From: Octopus bimaculoides
Lineage: Eukaryota
Length of the DNA: 64,000 nucleotides
Direction: 5' to 3'
Assembly (NCBI RefSeq): GCF_001194135.2
Contig: NC_068993.1
Coordinates: forward strand, 25,861,432-25,925,431
Positions 26,647-39,530 of this stretch are shown here, one piece after another. The position numbers and the translations under genes are program-made. Each line of letters begins with the position of its first letter. Within the stretch, counting starts at the first letter, position 1. The notes beneath the pieces are model-generated. The model was not told the DNA's origin, ran no database searches, and saw only the letters and a program-made list of their open reading frames with translations.

Positions 26647-27619
26647 TGTATACCAGCACGCTTCCACATTATTAGATCCTTTAATTAGCTGCAGGATATT
26701 TACTCCATTGTGGTACATATTGATTGTTTCCACTTATCCACTTTTCCACTTTTTTTCTATTTTATTAAGTTTTAGGATGATTGTTATTCTTAGTTTATTA
26801 ACTCTTATTTCTGCTCAACTCTATACTCACCCTTACCGCTAGCTTTCAGGCATTACCATTCATCATTTACCAGTTATCACTTATCATATATCATTCATCA
26901 TTTACCACACAGCATGTATCATTTAATCATTTATCATTTATTGCTTAGATTTCCATGACTTACCTCTTCCACCCACCCCTTCCATCTTTCTATGTTATTC
27001 ACTGTTTAGTTTATTTCTTATTTCATATATTTCACAATACCCTTCCACAGTCCACGCTTTAATTGTATTTTTTTCACTTAGATTTATATTATTATTCTTT
27101 ATTTTCATTCTAAATTATTTATCCAATATTTCAGGTCTCATTATTATATACTTTATACATGTTTACATTATTATATATTTTGTCATTTTATATCATTATT
27201 ATTATTATTCTATATATCTGATCTATATATTACTCACCTTATTTGGAATATATTATTCTTTATAGTATATTTTCATTGCTTTATTTATCAGATCATATAT
27301 TTTAAATTTTATATGTTCATTTGTATTTATATTTCCGTTTTATATTACTATTTCATATATCCATTTTATGTGTCATAGTTTTTTAACTCTTTTATAGTTC
27401 CAAATATTTTCAAACACACCTTAAATAGCATTCACTCCTCCTGTGATACATGTATACACACTACAAGGTGTCTCCCACCACTCCCCAAAATTTTCCTAAC
27501 AACGAACTTACGTATGACTGATACAGCCTATTTACTGTCTCATATAAATTAAATTAATTACAGACCTATTTTAACAGCAACCCACTCATACCCACATCTT
27601 CAACCATGTATCTTTTATC

Positions 27620-27830
27620 TTTTACTAATTTCACTCATCAGACCGTGGCCATGCTGAGGCACTGCCTCAAAGAATTTTAGTCAAACGAATCAATCCCAAT
27701 CTCTACTTTTATTTTAAGCTTGGTACTTATTTTATTGGCCCCTTTTTGCCAAACTGCTAAGTTACAGGGATGTAAACACACCAACATCGGTTGTCAAGTG
27801 GTGGTGGAGGACAAACACAAACACACGNNN
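27620..27830 (-). mobile_element. SINE family B, 3' part
   Basis: CGTGGCCATGCTGAGGCACTGCC..TGCTAAGTTACAGGGATGTAAACACACC. Confidence 0.75.
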
Positions 27831-28039
27831 NNNNNNNCATACTGAGCAGGGCCATCTACCTGAAGGGGTTTGTGTGTGTGTGTGTGTGTGTGTATGTTTC
27901 CAGTGTTTACAAATAACACGGAATAAATAAATAAACAGTGACCAGGTTAGCAAAAATTCACACAAGTACCAAGGTTGTAACAGCCTACTTATAAAGGTCA
28001 GGTTTAGGTGAATTGTTTTTTTAATTATGTAGTTAAATA

Positions 28040-28700
28040 AATAAATGGAGTTAAATGCAGGTGTTATTTAAAAAGAATATCTAATCATTAGTCTACATTT
28101 AGACATATCAATAAATGTAACAATACTGGGATTAGTAAATTAATCTGGATCGTAATAAACAATTTGATTTGAAATGGAATATTCTCTCTGTATCTTTTCC
28201 ATATGATAAAGGTAAATCTTTTTGTCCGCTTTGTAACACTGAGATGTACTTTATCCTGTTCTCAGAGAATCGCCTCGTAAACATATTTATAGAATGCGTT
28301 TATAATTGCAAACATTGGCAGAAGCATACCTTTAGTTCCTATAAGTGATTTCTACCATTCTATAAAATTTGACCTTTGACTGTCTTCTTACATTTCACCT
28401 CCATTAAATATATCTACTTCCATGCCTTTAAGCTTTATTCTAAATCACCTATATCTCTGCACTATTTGTTTTCTGCCAGAACTCCAACTAAAGAGTATAA
28501 AATCCAAAGAATTGTCTTCCCTTACATACACTTCCTGTTTTGACACCACACTTCCTGTTTAACACATAAACTCTCAGCCTCTTTTAAACACAACACCATT
28601 CTTAATTCCATGCATCCTAATCTATCTAACAATTATCTACATGGATTACCATTGAACTTTAAAAACTCAAAGACAATATAATGTATTGGTATATTTAATT
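28040..28700. repeat. Interspersed AT-rich repeat, copy 1 (shared with 32390-33067), probably a Penelope pseudo-LTR relic
   Basis: Shares TAAATGGAGTTAAATGCAGGTGT (28042 vs 32394) and a ~200-bp near-identical block (28476-28696 vs 32870-33067). Confidence 0.7.
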
Positions 28701-29039
28701 TTTTATATATTTTTTATATTTTGTAAAAAACATCATTTTCATTTTCCCTCTTCTTGAAAATATGCCATGCATTGAAAGCCGGTTAGAAATCCTTTTTAAT
28801 CTTCCTTATGCACATCTATATTAAAATATGCNNNNNNNNNNNNNNNNNNNNNNNNNNNNNNNNNNNNNNNNNNNNNNNNNNNNNNNNNNNNNNNNNNNNN
28901 NNNNNNNNNNNNNNNNNNNNNNNNNNNNNNNNNNNNNNNNNTATATATATATATATATATATATCTGTTAGGAGGTAATGATCTATAGAAGGGGTAATGA
29001 ACATAAACATAGAGTAGAGTAGATTATTTAAGTCCCTCC

Positions 29040-29520
29040 AGAAAAACAAGTCACTTGATGAGTTTAAACTATTGAGCTACAGTTATTGAACTAATGGGAA
29101 AGGCTGAAAGAATTATGACTCTACTCCCTGGAGCAAAGATAGGAGAAGTATGCAGTGATATATGTATGGAAAATCCTGGAGGGGTCAGCACCAAACTTTG
29201 GCATTGAGAGATATACCAGCTGCCAACTGGAAAGGTCCCAGCTATCCTGTCTAGAGTGAGGCCCATGTTCAGCAACAGACTAGAATTCAAGCATTCACAG
29301 CTATTTAATAACTTGCCAAAACATCGGAGGAATTTGCATGGAGTAGGAGGTAGATGTTTTCAAGAAACAACTTGACCTCCTGCTGTCCAAATTCTCAAAT
29401 GAACCCACAGCACTGCAAGAAACCCAAAAGAAAGCAGCAATGTCAAACATAAGAATGGCCACTGAAAAAGTGATAACACGGGCAGTGCTCCAGCACAGCC
29501 ACTGCCGTTGGGCTGCTAGA
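29040..29520 (+). mobile_element. CR1-like LINE 3' end
   Basis: Fragments YSLEQR*EKYAVIYVWKILEG..NFGIE, QLFNNLPKH.RNLHGV and DVFKKQLDLLLSK, typical of the C-terminus of CR1/Jockey ORF2. Confidence 0.8.
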
Positions 29521-29789
29521 ACCTTAAAGTTATCAACAATGTCACTCCAGTGAAATCCAAGAAGGATACGAAGGTAGCACTGATAGAATCACTCAAGGAG
29601 TTGCAGGTGGTGCTGATAAGTAACCCACAACTTTGAGCCATACAAGAGAGTGGTCAGTCATACCAATGGCTCCGTACACACTGATCATGGTCCCTTTCTT
29701 CTGATAGTTATTGTTCCAGACTCTTTTTCACAGACTTGAGTGAATTTGGTAGTTGGACACTGAGAGAAGCTCATTGTGTGTATGTTTGT

Positions 29790-30200
29790 GTATACCCATG
29801 TCAAGATACCACAAGATGTTGTAAATGAGCATGTTATTTGTTTCCAGTCTTTTGTGAAAAATGTTTGGCCAGACAAATATTGCCTCGCTTGGAAACAGGT
29901 GAGGGCTGGCAAAAGGAAGGCTGTAGAAAATCTACTTCAACAAATTCAATCTGATTGATGCCAGTGTGCAAAAGAATGACCTTAAATGATGATGATGATG
30001 ATGATGATGATGACGGTGATATATATCCCTTCTACTATTGACACAAGGCCTGAAATGTTTGGGTAGGGGCAAGTCAATTACATCATCCCCAGTACTCAGC
30101 TGGTACTTATTTCATTGACCCTGAAAGGATGAACCCTTTGGCAGCATTTGAACTCAGAACATAAGGACAGATGAAATGCCACTGAGCATTTTGCCCTGTG
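29790..30200. mobile_element. SINE with RTE-like (GAT)n tail (+, about 29790-30015) followed by SINE family A (-, about 30035-30200)
   Basis: CTTGGAAACAGGTGAGGG..GTAGAAAATCT..AAATGATGATGAT, then the family A consensus. Confidence 0.6.
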
Positions 30201-30244
<44 letters not shown>

Positions 30245-30249
30245 TTATC

Positions 30250-32330
30250 ATCATCATCATCATTTTACATCCATTATCCTTGCTGGCAGATGCCCTTCCT
30301 AATGACAACCATTTTACAGAGTGTAGTGGGTACTTTTTTACATGGCACCAGCCCCAGCAGGATCACCAGGTCACTGCAAGACAAAGACTCCTGACTGGGA
30401 GGGGCAGTAGTATTGAGGGAGGTAGCTTTGTACCTTTCGAGAGGTTAAAGTGATAGAGTTAGGTGTCTCTCTGTAGAGGAGGTGCATGGCTGCCCTGGTT
30501 GGAAAGGAGAGACAAAAACAGAGAGGAAGAAAGTTAGAATAAGAGAGAGAGAGATAACAGTGGAAACGTGTTGGGACATACCTACAGTGAGGATGAATAT
30601 AAGTGAATATATGTTGTATATGTTATACAGTGGATTAGACAGGGTGAACTGGCAAGGGGGAATGTTTCATAAGAGTGTGATGAGAGATATTTAGAGATGG
30701 GACAGAAGTGACTGTAGCAAGTGATACCAGTGGTTCAAGGGGGTTCTATGAGTTGATATGTGAGGGCACGGAGGGTGATTGTGTGCAGGTAGGCATGTGA
30801 GGCAGAGTGGAGTGGGTAAAGTGGTGTTGGAAAGATGGGTTGTTGTGGGGATTTGGATGGGGAGGGACAAACTTTGTGTGTGGTGGGGACAGGAACATAA
30901 AGAACAAGCCTGTATGGCCTGAGTTTACATAGCTTGGCATGTCATCTTAAGCACAACAAATTACCAAATGCCTCAGTCCTTTGTTAATTCCTCAGCGAGG
31001 TTCAACATCTGAAGATTATTTATCACCACCTCGCCCCACATCTCACTGAATCTTCCTCTACTGCAGGTTCCCTCAACAATTAGAGATTGGTACTTCCTTA
31101 TGCAGATGTCCTCATCCATATGAATCACATGACCATACCAGTGCAGTCTTCTCTCTTGCACACTACATCAAATGCCTTTTATACCCAGTTTTTCTCTTAA
31201 GATATTTACACTTTGTTATGAATGCACACTGACATTGCACATTCAGTAGAGCATGCTGGTATCATCCATACAAGACTTTGATTGTCATTTGCAGTCACAA
31301 CCAATGCTTCAGTATGTAGCACAACTGTCTGTACACAGGCGTTATACAGTCTGCCTTTCACTCTGAGGGAGAGATCCTTTGCCCAGCCAGTTCTTATTCT
31401 AGTAATTACACTTTTGGAGCCACTTCCACTGCAGTTAATTTGGTCATCTAGGTAACAGAAACTATCTACCATCTCTAAGGATCTCCTGGACATTTAAGGA
31501 AATCTATTTCTTGTATACTCTTAGTATTTATTGTGTTTGTGCATTGGCCACATTTAAAGACTACTTTTCTGTTAACCTTTCAGCAATTGCACAGCCCCTC
31601 ATGTGTCCATAGCTTGCACTGAATGCACTGTATGGAATTTATACCAACACCTTTTCTACATATTGAGCAGAATCATCTCCCTGAAGGGATTAGTAATTTG
31701 CTTGCCTTCCTACTTACTAGCACTTTGATCTTTGTTAAATTGCTAAATTAAACCTTTGACTTTAGTCCTTGCTTCAATACCTGAAATCTCTTTTCTAATT
31801 CTAGTAGAGATTCTGCTATATTCTGTTGTCAGCATAGAAGAGCTTTCAAGGGCAACTCCTACCTGCTTACTCAATTCATTGTTATACTCATTGCTGACTT
31901 TCACCTTACTGACAGCATTCTTGTACATGGCTTGTATGGCTCTCACCAACTGCTCATCTTTCCCTAGCTTCTGCATTAACCACCAGATGAGAGAATGAGG
32001 GACCTTGTCAAAGAGTATCTCTATGTCAACAAATGCTAAGTACAGAGGTTTGTTTTTCACTAAATGCTTCTCTTGTAGTTTGCCTTACTACAAAGATAGA
32101 ATCAGTAGTACTTTTCCCTGGTACAAAACTAAACTACATCTCATCTAGTCTAATCCTCTTCCTAATTAGCTGAGCTATGACCTTCTCAGTAACTTTCATG
32201 ACTTGGTCCCCTAATGTGATACTTCTGTAATTACTTCTAAGTCATCCCTTTTACCTTTGTAGCAGTTGACTATAATGTTGCTACACCAGTCATTGGGTAT
32301 GGCCCCTTCCTGGATAGCCTGGATGGATTT
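30250..32330 (-). mobile_element. RTE-clade LINE, RT to 3' end, degenerate
   Basis: ORFs KNKPLYLAFVDIEILFDKVPHSLIWW (RT), SLEMVDSFCYL..RVKGRLYNACVQ and QERRLHWYGHVIHMDED..SRGR. The (CAT)n tail lies at about 30245. Confidence 0.9.
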
Positions 32331-32353
32331 GGTAGGCAGAAACTGAAAGAAGC

Positions 32354-32389
<36 letters not shown>

Positions 32390-32398
<9 letters not shown>

Positions 32399-33067
32399 GG
32401 AGTTAAATGCAGGTGTCACTTAAATATTACTTCTGACATATGTTTCGAAGAAAACATTGGTATTATTCCAGAAGGAATAAAATGGTGTAAAACAATGCAA
32501 TCTTCACATCATGCAAAGAAAGAAACCAAACACATCAATAAGACATTTTAACAGAATGTGATGACTGCATATATGATGACTAGAATGCTGACAAGTTGTT
32601 TTTAAAAACTGTTAGTAGATACAACGTCAAGGTAGTTTATAGAAAAGGAAGGAGGAGAAAGAAAGAAAGAAATTGGCAATGTAAAGACAGAATCTCTACA
32701 CAAAAAAGAATCAGCAAGGAGAGTCTTTTTATAGAGAAATTCCAAACGCTTCTTAACATACAAACTCCTTGGTGACCATATTCCCTTCTCTCACCTACCC
32801 AATGAAATACATATAAATTTACTTCTTGTTCTTTTAAGAACAGACATAAACTTCCTGTTGACAAAGAGTCCAGAACTGCAACTAAAGAGTATAAAACCCA
32901 AAGAATTGTCTTCCCTTACACACACTTCCTGTTTAACACATAAACTCAGCCTTTTTTAAACACAACACCATTCTTAATTCCATGCATCCTAATCTATCTT
33001 CCAATTATCTACATGGATTACCATTGAACTTTAAAAACTCAAAGACAATATAATGTATTGGTATATT
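32390..33067. repeat. Interspersed AT-rich repeat, copy 2, with a hammerhead-like relic
   Basis: See 28040-28700. Minus strand 32428-32475 reads CTTCT GGAATAATACCAATGTTTTCTTC GAAAC ATAT GTC AGAAG. Confidence 0.7.
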
Positions 33068-33880
33068 NNNNNNNNNNNNNNNNNNNNNNNNNNNNNNNNN
33101 NNNNNNNNNNNNNNNNNNNNNNNNNNNNNNNNNNNNNNNNNNNNNNNNNNNNNNNNNNNNNNNNNNNNNNNNNNNNNNNNNNNNNNNNNNNNNNNNNNNN
33201 NNNNNNNNNNNNNNNNNNNNNNNNNNNNNNNNNNNNNNNNNNNNNNNNNNNNNNNNNNNNNNNNNNNNNNNNNNNNNNNNNNNNNNNNNNNNNNNNNNNN
33301 NNNNNNNNNNNNNNNNNNNNNNNNNNNNNNNNNNNNNNNNNNNNNNNNNNNNNNNNNNNNNNNNNNNNNNNNNNNNNNNNNNNNNNNNNNNNNNNNNNNN
33401 NNNNNNNNNNNNNNNNNNNNNNNNNNNNNNNNNNNNNNNNNNNNNNNNNNNNNNNNNNNNNNNNNNNNNNNNNNNNNNNNNNNNNNNNNNNNNNNNNNNN
33501 NNNNNNNNNNNNNNNNNNNNNNNNNNNNNNNNNNNNNNNNNNNNNNNNNNNNNNNNNNNNNNNNNNNNNNNNNNNNNNNNNNNNNNNNNNNNNNNNNNNN
33601 NNNNNNNNNNNNNNNNNNNNNNNNNNNNNNNNNNNNNNNNNNNNNNNNNNNNNNNNNNNNNNNNNNNNNNNNNNNNNNNNNNNNNNNNNNNNNNNNNNNN
33701 NNNNNNNNNNNNNNNNNNNNNNNNNNNNNNNNNNNNNNNNNNNNNNNNNNNNNNNNNNNNNNNNNNNNNNNNNNNNNNNNNNNNNNNNNNNNNNNNNNNN
33801 NNNNNNNNNNNNNNNNNNNNNNNNNNNNNNNNNNNNNNNNNNNNNNNNNNNNNNNNNNNNNNNNNNNNNNNNNNNNNNNN
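33068..33880. other. Largest assembly gap. Other gaps: 14794-14803, 19064-19195, 27828-27837, 28832-28941, 34451-34460, 42612-42621, 60133-60218, 62788-63021
   Basis: Runs of N, mostly beside microsatellites. Confidence 0.98.
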
Positions 33881-33925
<45 letters not shown>

Positions 33926-34407
33926 TTCTTTTCTATCCCACTAAAGTGTAGTAGGAGGAAAGATTCAAACAAGAGTGGATAGAGCTGGAAAAGAAATAAA
34001 ATCAGAGAGGACCAGAGAGTGAAAGACATAGTTGTGCTAGATGAGATGGAGTGAAAATTTTTCAGAGGCAATTGAAAGAACAGGCAGAAGATGGGGAGGG
34101 ATAAGATAGAAAAATATCTAACGATAAAGTAAAGACAGAGAAAGAAGGACTAGCAAATGACAGACTGGAGGAGAAAATAAGTAAAATACAAGGGGAAATT
34201 ATCCTGAGAAGAGAGAAAATGAGGGAAGGGAGGGGAAGAGAGAGAGAGAGAGAGAGAGATAAATGTCATAATATATTTATATCTTCTGTAATAAACTTTG
34301 TTGTGTGTTTATATATATATATACATACATAAATATAAGTGCGTGTGTGTGTGCATGTAAATGTACAAAGAGAGAGAAAGAGAGAGAGAGACTCATGAAC
34401 ACATCAA

Positions 34408-34450
<43 letters not shown>

Positions 34451-34460
34451 NNNNNNNNNN

Positions 34461-34496
<36 letters not shown>

Positions 34497-34967
34497 TACA
34501 CACACATACGTATACCTACATATATGTATGTATACATATACATGTGTATGTATATGTATATATATATAAATGTATGATTATATATGTATGTGTATATATT
34601 CATATACACACGCAAACACATACATTCATATGGAGATAAGTTAGGACAGTTGTACTGATGACACCTATTTAAACAGAAACATGCATCTATGCATGTTCCC
34701 TTTACCTCTAGACAACAACCCTGTCCTTTATTTTAGTAGCATGTCACCTTTGTAGAAGTCTTGATTCATGAGATTATTTCTTCTTTTCTCATTAAGCTGG
34801 GCTCAATTGTCATTTGGTAATTGTGACACATCCTCTAGAAGTAGAGAATTTTAATAGATCAAGAATTTATACTGCATAGTATTTGATATATCTGAATTTG
34901 CTTCTGTTATTCAGATACACGTTACCAGGCTCTAAATGCTATTTCTCTTTGTTCATTTTCATATCAG

Positions 34968-35021
34968 TGAATAATCTAGCTGGACAGGAAATATATATGT
35001 CTTGTCCAGCTAAATTATTCA
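34968..35021. other. 22-bp stem-loop (pre-miRNA-like or minimal MITE)
   Basis: TGAATAATCTAGCTGGACAGGA pairs with TCTTGTCCAGCTAAATTATTCA, with one mismatch and one G-U. The AT-rich loop is about 10 nt. Confidence 0.6.
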
Positions 35022-35364
35022 TTTACATTTATTGTTTACATAATTTTTATCATGTAGTTCAGTGGGGAATTAGCAACACCATTCACATCTGAGCCGAAGT
35101 AATAACTGTCAGTAGAAAACTCCACAGATGTTTTCCTTATTCTTTGGTGCAAGTCATTCATATAACTAACTTTTTATATACAACCTGTTACTCAGGACTG
35201 ACTTAAATAAACTACTGTGCTCTACATTTGTATTAGGTATTTCTTCTCTGGGTCATCGTTGTTTTTGATGGTGTGAGCTCACCAGTAATTTAAGGAAATA
35301 ATAATTGGAAAATGAAACTTCAAAAATAAAGAAGTTTTTATTGTGTTAGCCTCAATAAGATATT

Positions 35365-35580
35365 GGTTTCAAATTTTGGCACAAGGCCAGCAATTTCAGG
35401 AGAGGGTGCAAGTCAATTGCATCGCCCCCAGTGTTTCACTGGTATTTATTTTATCGACCCCAAGAGGATGATAGGCAAGGTCGACCTCAGCAAAATTTGA
35501 ACTCAGAACGTAAAGACAGATGAAATGCTATTAAACATTTTGCCCCACGTACTAATGATTCTGCCAACTTGCCACCTTAA
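35365..35580 (-). mobile_element. SINE family A, near full length
   Basis: Reverse complement begins AAGGTGGCAAGTTGGCAGAATCATTAG; B box GAGTTCAAAT. Confidence 0.9.
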
Positions 35581-35586
35581 AGCAGA

Positions 35587-35703
35587 ATGACTACAGCACC
35601 ATGGTTTCCCAAATGGTTACCCATCTAGGTCTAACTAGTTTTGATGTTGCTTAACTTCAGTGATTGAATGAGAACTGATGCATTCAGTATGATATAGCAG
35701 AAA
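35587..35703 (-). pseudogene. 5S rRNA pseudogene
   Basis: Reverse complement ATATCATACTGAATGCATCAGTTCTCATTCAATCACTGAAGTTAAGCAACATCAAAACTAGTTAGACCTAGATGGGTAACCATTTGGGAAACCATGGTGCTGTAG is colinear with metazoan 5S (..GGTTCTCGTCCGATCACCGAAGTTAAGCAACGTC..GGTTAGTACTTGGATGGGTGACCGCCTGGGAATACCGGGTGCTGTAG). Most changes are at CpG. Confidence 0.88.
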
Positions 35704-36064
35704 AGTAAGCAAACCTTGATAAAATATTAAAGTAATTTATATAAATATTTTCCTTCATATATAATTCTCTTTGGATCCAATCCTTCCAAATAGTTTCAAT
35801 GAAAAGATTAAATGATCTTACTATATAAGTTTAAATAAAATATATTGATTCCATTTTATGTCAATAAAATGTTCGATACCAGTTTTGTATTTTGTTTTAA
35901 AATGTTGGCATTTTTGATGACAAAGGTATACTAAAACAAACACACACATACATCTGCTAAATTCACTCCAAAGTGAGTTCAAAATTCTGTGCTTGTGAAG
36001 CAAACTTCTTAACAAACTGCCAAATATGTCACATATACATATATTCATGTATGTGTGTATGTAT

Positions 36065-36203
36065 ACTTAGAGTGGTAAGAAACTTGCTTCCTAACCACAT
36101 GGTTCTGGCTTCGTAGCACTTTGGGTTAGTGCCTTCTACTATAGCTTCAGGCCTACCAAAGACTTGTTGGTGGATTTTGTAGACAGAAACTGAAAGGAGT
36201 ATG

Positions 36204-36239
<36 letters not shown>

Positions 36240-36370
36240 ATGTATGCGTGTGTGTACATGTCTTTGTATCTATGCTTGTCCCCCACTACTGCTTGATGAC
36301 TGGTGTTGGTGTGTTTACGTCCCTGTAACTTACTAGTTCAGCAAAAGTGAGTGATAAAATAATCATCAGG
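36065..36370 (+). mobile_element. SINE family B
   Basis: GTGGTAAGAAACTTGCTTCCTAACCACATGGTTC head, central core and internal (GT)n. Confidence 0.8.
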
Positions 36371-36756
36371 TTTAAATAGAAAAAGAAGTAATGAGGTCAA
36401 ATAAAAGATAAAAGATATATTTAATATGTATGTAAGTATACACACGAACATGTATCTTTCGTATACAACTTGAATAAGAAAAGTGAAGGATGAGACTTAG
36501 GAACAAAGCTAAGAAATCTTATGCAAGGAATTCCATCATTACCACAACCAGCTGCTGTTACGTGTCAAATCACATAAACACATATTTCATACAGGGTGGA
36601 GGGTGCAGCCACCTTCAATAAATTATCATACTTTTTCACTGTATAGAAACTAACGTAAAAGAGATTATTCTAGGTCTGTTTGGTCACCTGAGCTTGCGGA
36701 CTGTAAATGTATTAAAAGAGCTAGAATGATGCAATAAAGTGCAGTGGATGAGTTAA

Positions 36757-36900
36757 CCCTTTAGCATTCAGATAACTCCATCAAATGTAATGCTTACTTA
36801 TCCACTTTTTAAAAAAATTGACCATGCATTATCTAGTAATTTCAGGATTTCAAAGATGTGATTGTTTGACTTTAGGTGTGTAGGGTAGGTGTGAGAGGTC
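36757..36900. mobile_element. piggyBac-type MITE, truncated
   Basis: TTAA then CCCTTTAGCATTCAGAT, the reverse complement of the 1240-1267 end. Confidence 0.6.
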
Positions 36901-37388
36901 TCCCTGAGTACAGCAAAGGGTTTCTTTATTGGCTGAAAAACAGGGCCAAGATAGGTATATGGTGAGAAAATGTTAGCCCATGTTACACTTTATCACAGCA
37001 GAAAATGCTAAACAGAAGACATTCATTGTATGATGCTGCTTTATTGACTTCTTTTATTTAAATTGCTTTAATGGTTTTTTTATATATATATATATATATT
37101 ATAAAACAATTTTCAGTCAAACATTACATATAGATACAGTGGCCATTGATAATCATGTTTGTAATTTAGTTTCTTTAATAAATGTACTTAACATGGTGAC
37201 TCATATAATTATTTAACTCAACTAATAGCACTAGATGTAATTTAATTTGAAAAGCTATTTGGTCATTATAGTCACAGACTCTGTAGATTTCTTCATTTCT
37301 ATTATCAAAATTTTGTACCAAATTTATCTATACAAAATATGGAATGTAACTGGTATGATTGAAACTTACACATGAGTAAATACTGAAT

Positions 37389-37457
<69 letters not shown>

Positions 37458-39129
37458 TGTACATATATATATATATATATATTCGCCATGATAGATCGCT
37501 AGCGACTAAACCTTTTCTATTTTCTCTCCGTTTATTTCTGTGTTCCTTTCAGTCGAAAAGCATAGACTCAAAATGTAAAAGACTTTCTCACTTCCCAAGC
37601 GTTAAACTAATACATCTGTTTGTTGTTTACACACCTGTCTTCGTCTTTTTGCTTTTTTGTAAATTCTCACTATATATACCCTATCCTTAGTAGCCACCCA
37701 TCCTTTCCATATCTATGATGCATCAACCATGTTGTGCACCTCTTCTATGTCTGAAATCAAATCTTTCTCCATACCTCACCATGCCTAACACTCACTCCAA
37801 ACCCATCTTGCCACCAACAATTTTCCTACTCTTGCTCTATTCTATCTTTTCCATAGACCATTCTCTCATCTCTTTCAGCTGTTCCAGTCAGAGCTTGTCA
37901 TCCACTCCTCACCATTAAAAAACCTTGTGGTGATGGTGGCGGTGGCAATGGTGGTGGTAAACAGGAGATGTGATAGACTACTAGTGAACAGGTGTATTGG
38001 GCAACAATGGTCACTGTTGTTGTTGCTGGTATAGTAGTGATATTGGTGGCATTGGTGACAGTTGTTGTTTAGCCCCAGGTAAAACCTAATCAAGCAAATC
38101 TATGATGAAAGGGTTATTATCTAGAAACTAAATTATTTAAAGTATCCTTTCCCTTTTAAGACAGTAGTGGTTTTTTTTTAGGGAATTTGGGTGCTATTTT
38201 GAACAGATCAACCAACTACACAGAAACTCCCTTTGTTATAAAATCAGTTATTGTTGTTGTTGTTTGACCCCAGATTAGTCTTAGTCAAGAAAGCATTCCT
38301 GTTATGAATATTCTGCCTTTGAATATCAACTAATACATTATCTAATGTGTCCTTCTCTCTTTAAGTTAGTAGGATGAAATTTGAGTAGGATTTACTGTTA
38401 TTTCTAGCAGATCAGTCACTCATACTCACACACTGATTTATGATGGTTGTCTAGATGGTGCTGCTGGTGGTGGTGGTGGTGGTGTAGTGGGGGTGGTGGC
38501 AGTGTTGGTGGTGATAGTAGTAGTAGTTAATAAGCTATAGTTGATACCCTGGTTCAGATGTTCAATAAAAATATTCCAGCCATGTTTTAAATAACAGCCT
38601 GTTTAAGATGCTAACCTGGGATTTGTGTTGTTATTTCTAGCAGGTCAAGCCTTTCATATTAGATCTGCACAATCAAAACTGACAAACAACAATGATGGAG
38701 CGAGGTTATGAAACAAAGATATTTGATATAGATGGGCGATGATGACAACGATGATGACAACGATGATGATGATGATAGTTGTTGTTGTGTAGTGATGGTG
38801 GTGGTTCTACTTATTGTTGTTATTTTTATTCAAAACCTCATATCCTTTGTAGAATTTACCATACAGTTGTTCCATCCTTGCATGACAAAGATGAAGTATG
38901 TAAACTGTGCTGCATCACACTTCCTTTGATCTATAATTTCTTACTAAATGCATTAAAGAATATAATTCTTGAGCTAACACGGTCTATATGGGTAACTGTA
39001 TAACTTTGCCACTCTTACATTACTATAAGAAACTATAGAACTGCTATGCTAACCTTATGACTAGTGAAGCTTCTGGAATATCAACTTTATTAATAACATA
39101 TATTCTGTAATATCACAAGCTTAGTAAAA

Positions 39130-39530
39130 ATATGGTTTCTGAAATAAATACCATTATTAATAATTCCATGGATTTTCGAGATGCACAACTAATTTTCAAG
39201 GTATCTAATTTTATTAGTGATCAGGGATTACGGATTTCTCCAAAGATTTTGAGTTGGATGACATTTAAGATATATTACAATTTAGTTGAAGAATTCTTAT
39301 TTGAGGCATTTTATGTTTTGAAGTTTGAAGTATTAAATAGACTAGTTGGAGACTTTGTAAGGTATGAAAGGCTAATAATGGCTTTATAGTTGAGAGAAAG
39401 TAAGATTTGTGTAGTGACACTATTTAGAAACATTGTGCTTAAGTAAGGTAACATTTTATGTAGCACAGGTTGATGAGGAAGTTGTGTTTGTGATTGGTTA
39501 GTTGAAAACTGTAAACAGGCTAATGTAGAA
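39130..39530 (+). mobile_element. Possible Penelope-like element 3' relic
   Basis: NNSMDFRDAQLIFKVSNF..ISPKIL resembles the tail of PLE GIY-YIG domains. A degenerate TGATGAGG..GAAAAC follows. Confidence 0.3.

Noticed and set aside
26700-27620. Very AT-rich pyrimidine-biased tract considered as a mitochondrial insertion
   Set aside because: No mitochondrial gene or tRNA recognisable; more likely a decayed repeat, left unclassified.
30835-30890. G-run cluster with G-quadruplex potential
   Set aside because: Long loops, located inside a decayed RTE 3' region, and nothing suggests function.
28040-33067. Direct repeats interpreted as the LTR pair of a retrotransposon
   Set aside because: No TG..CA ends, PBS, PPT or gag/pol; the interior holds unrelated CR1, SINE and RTE pieces.
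33031-34071. Long ORFs of 297-346 aa, and others at 18953-19327 and 62700-63088
   Set aside because: Artefacts of translating N-gaps.
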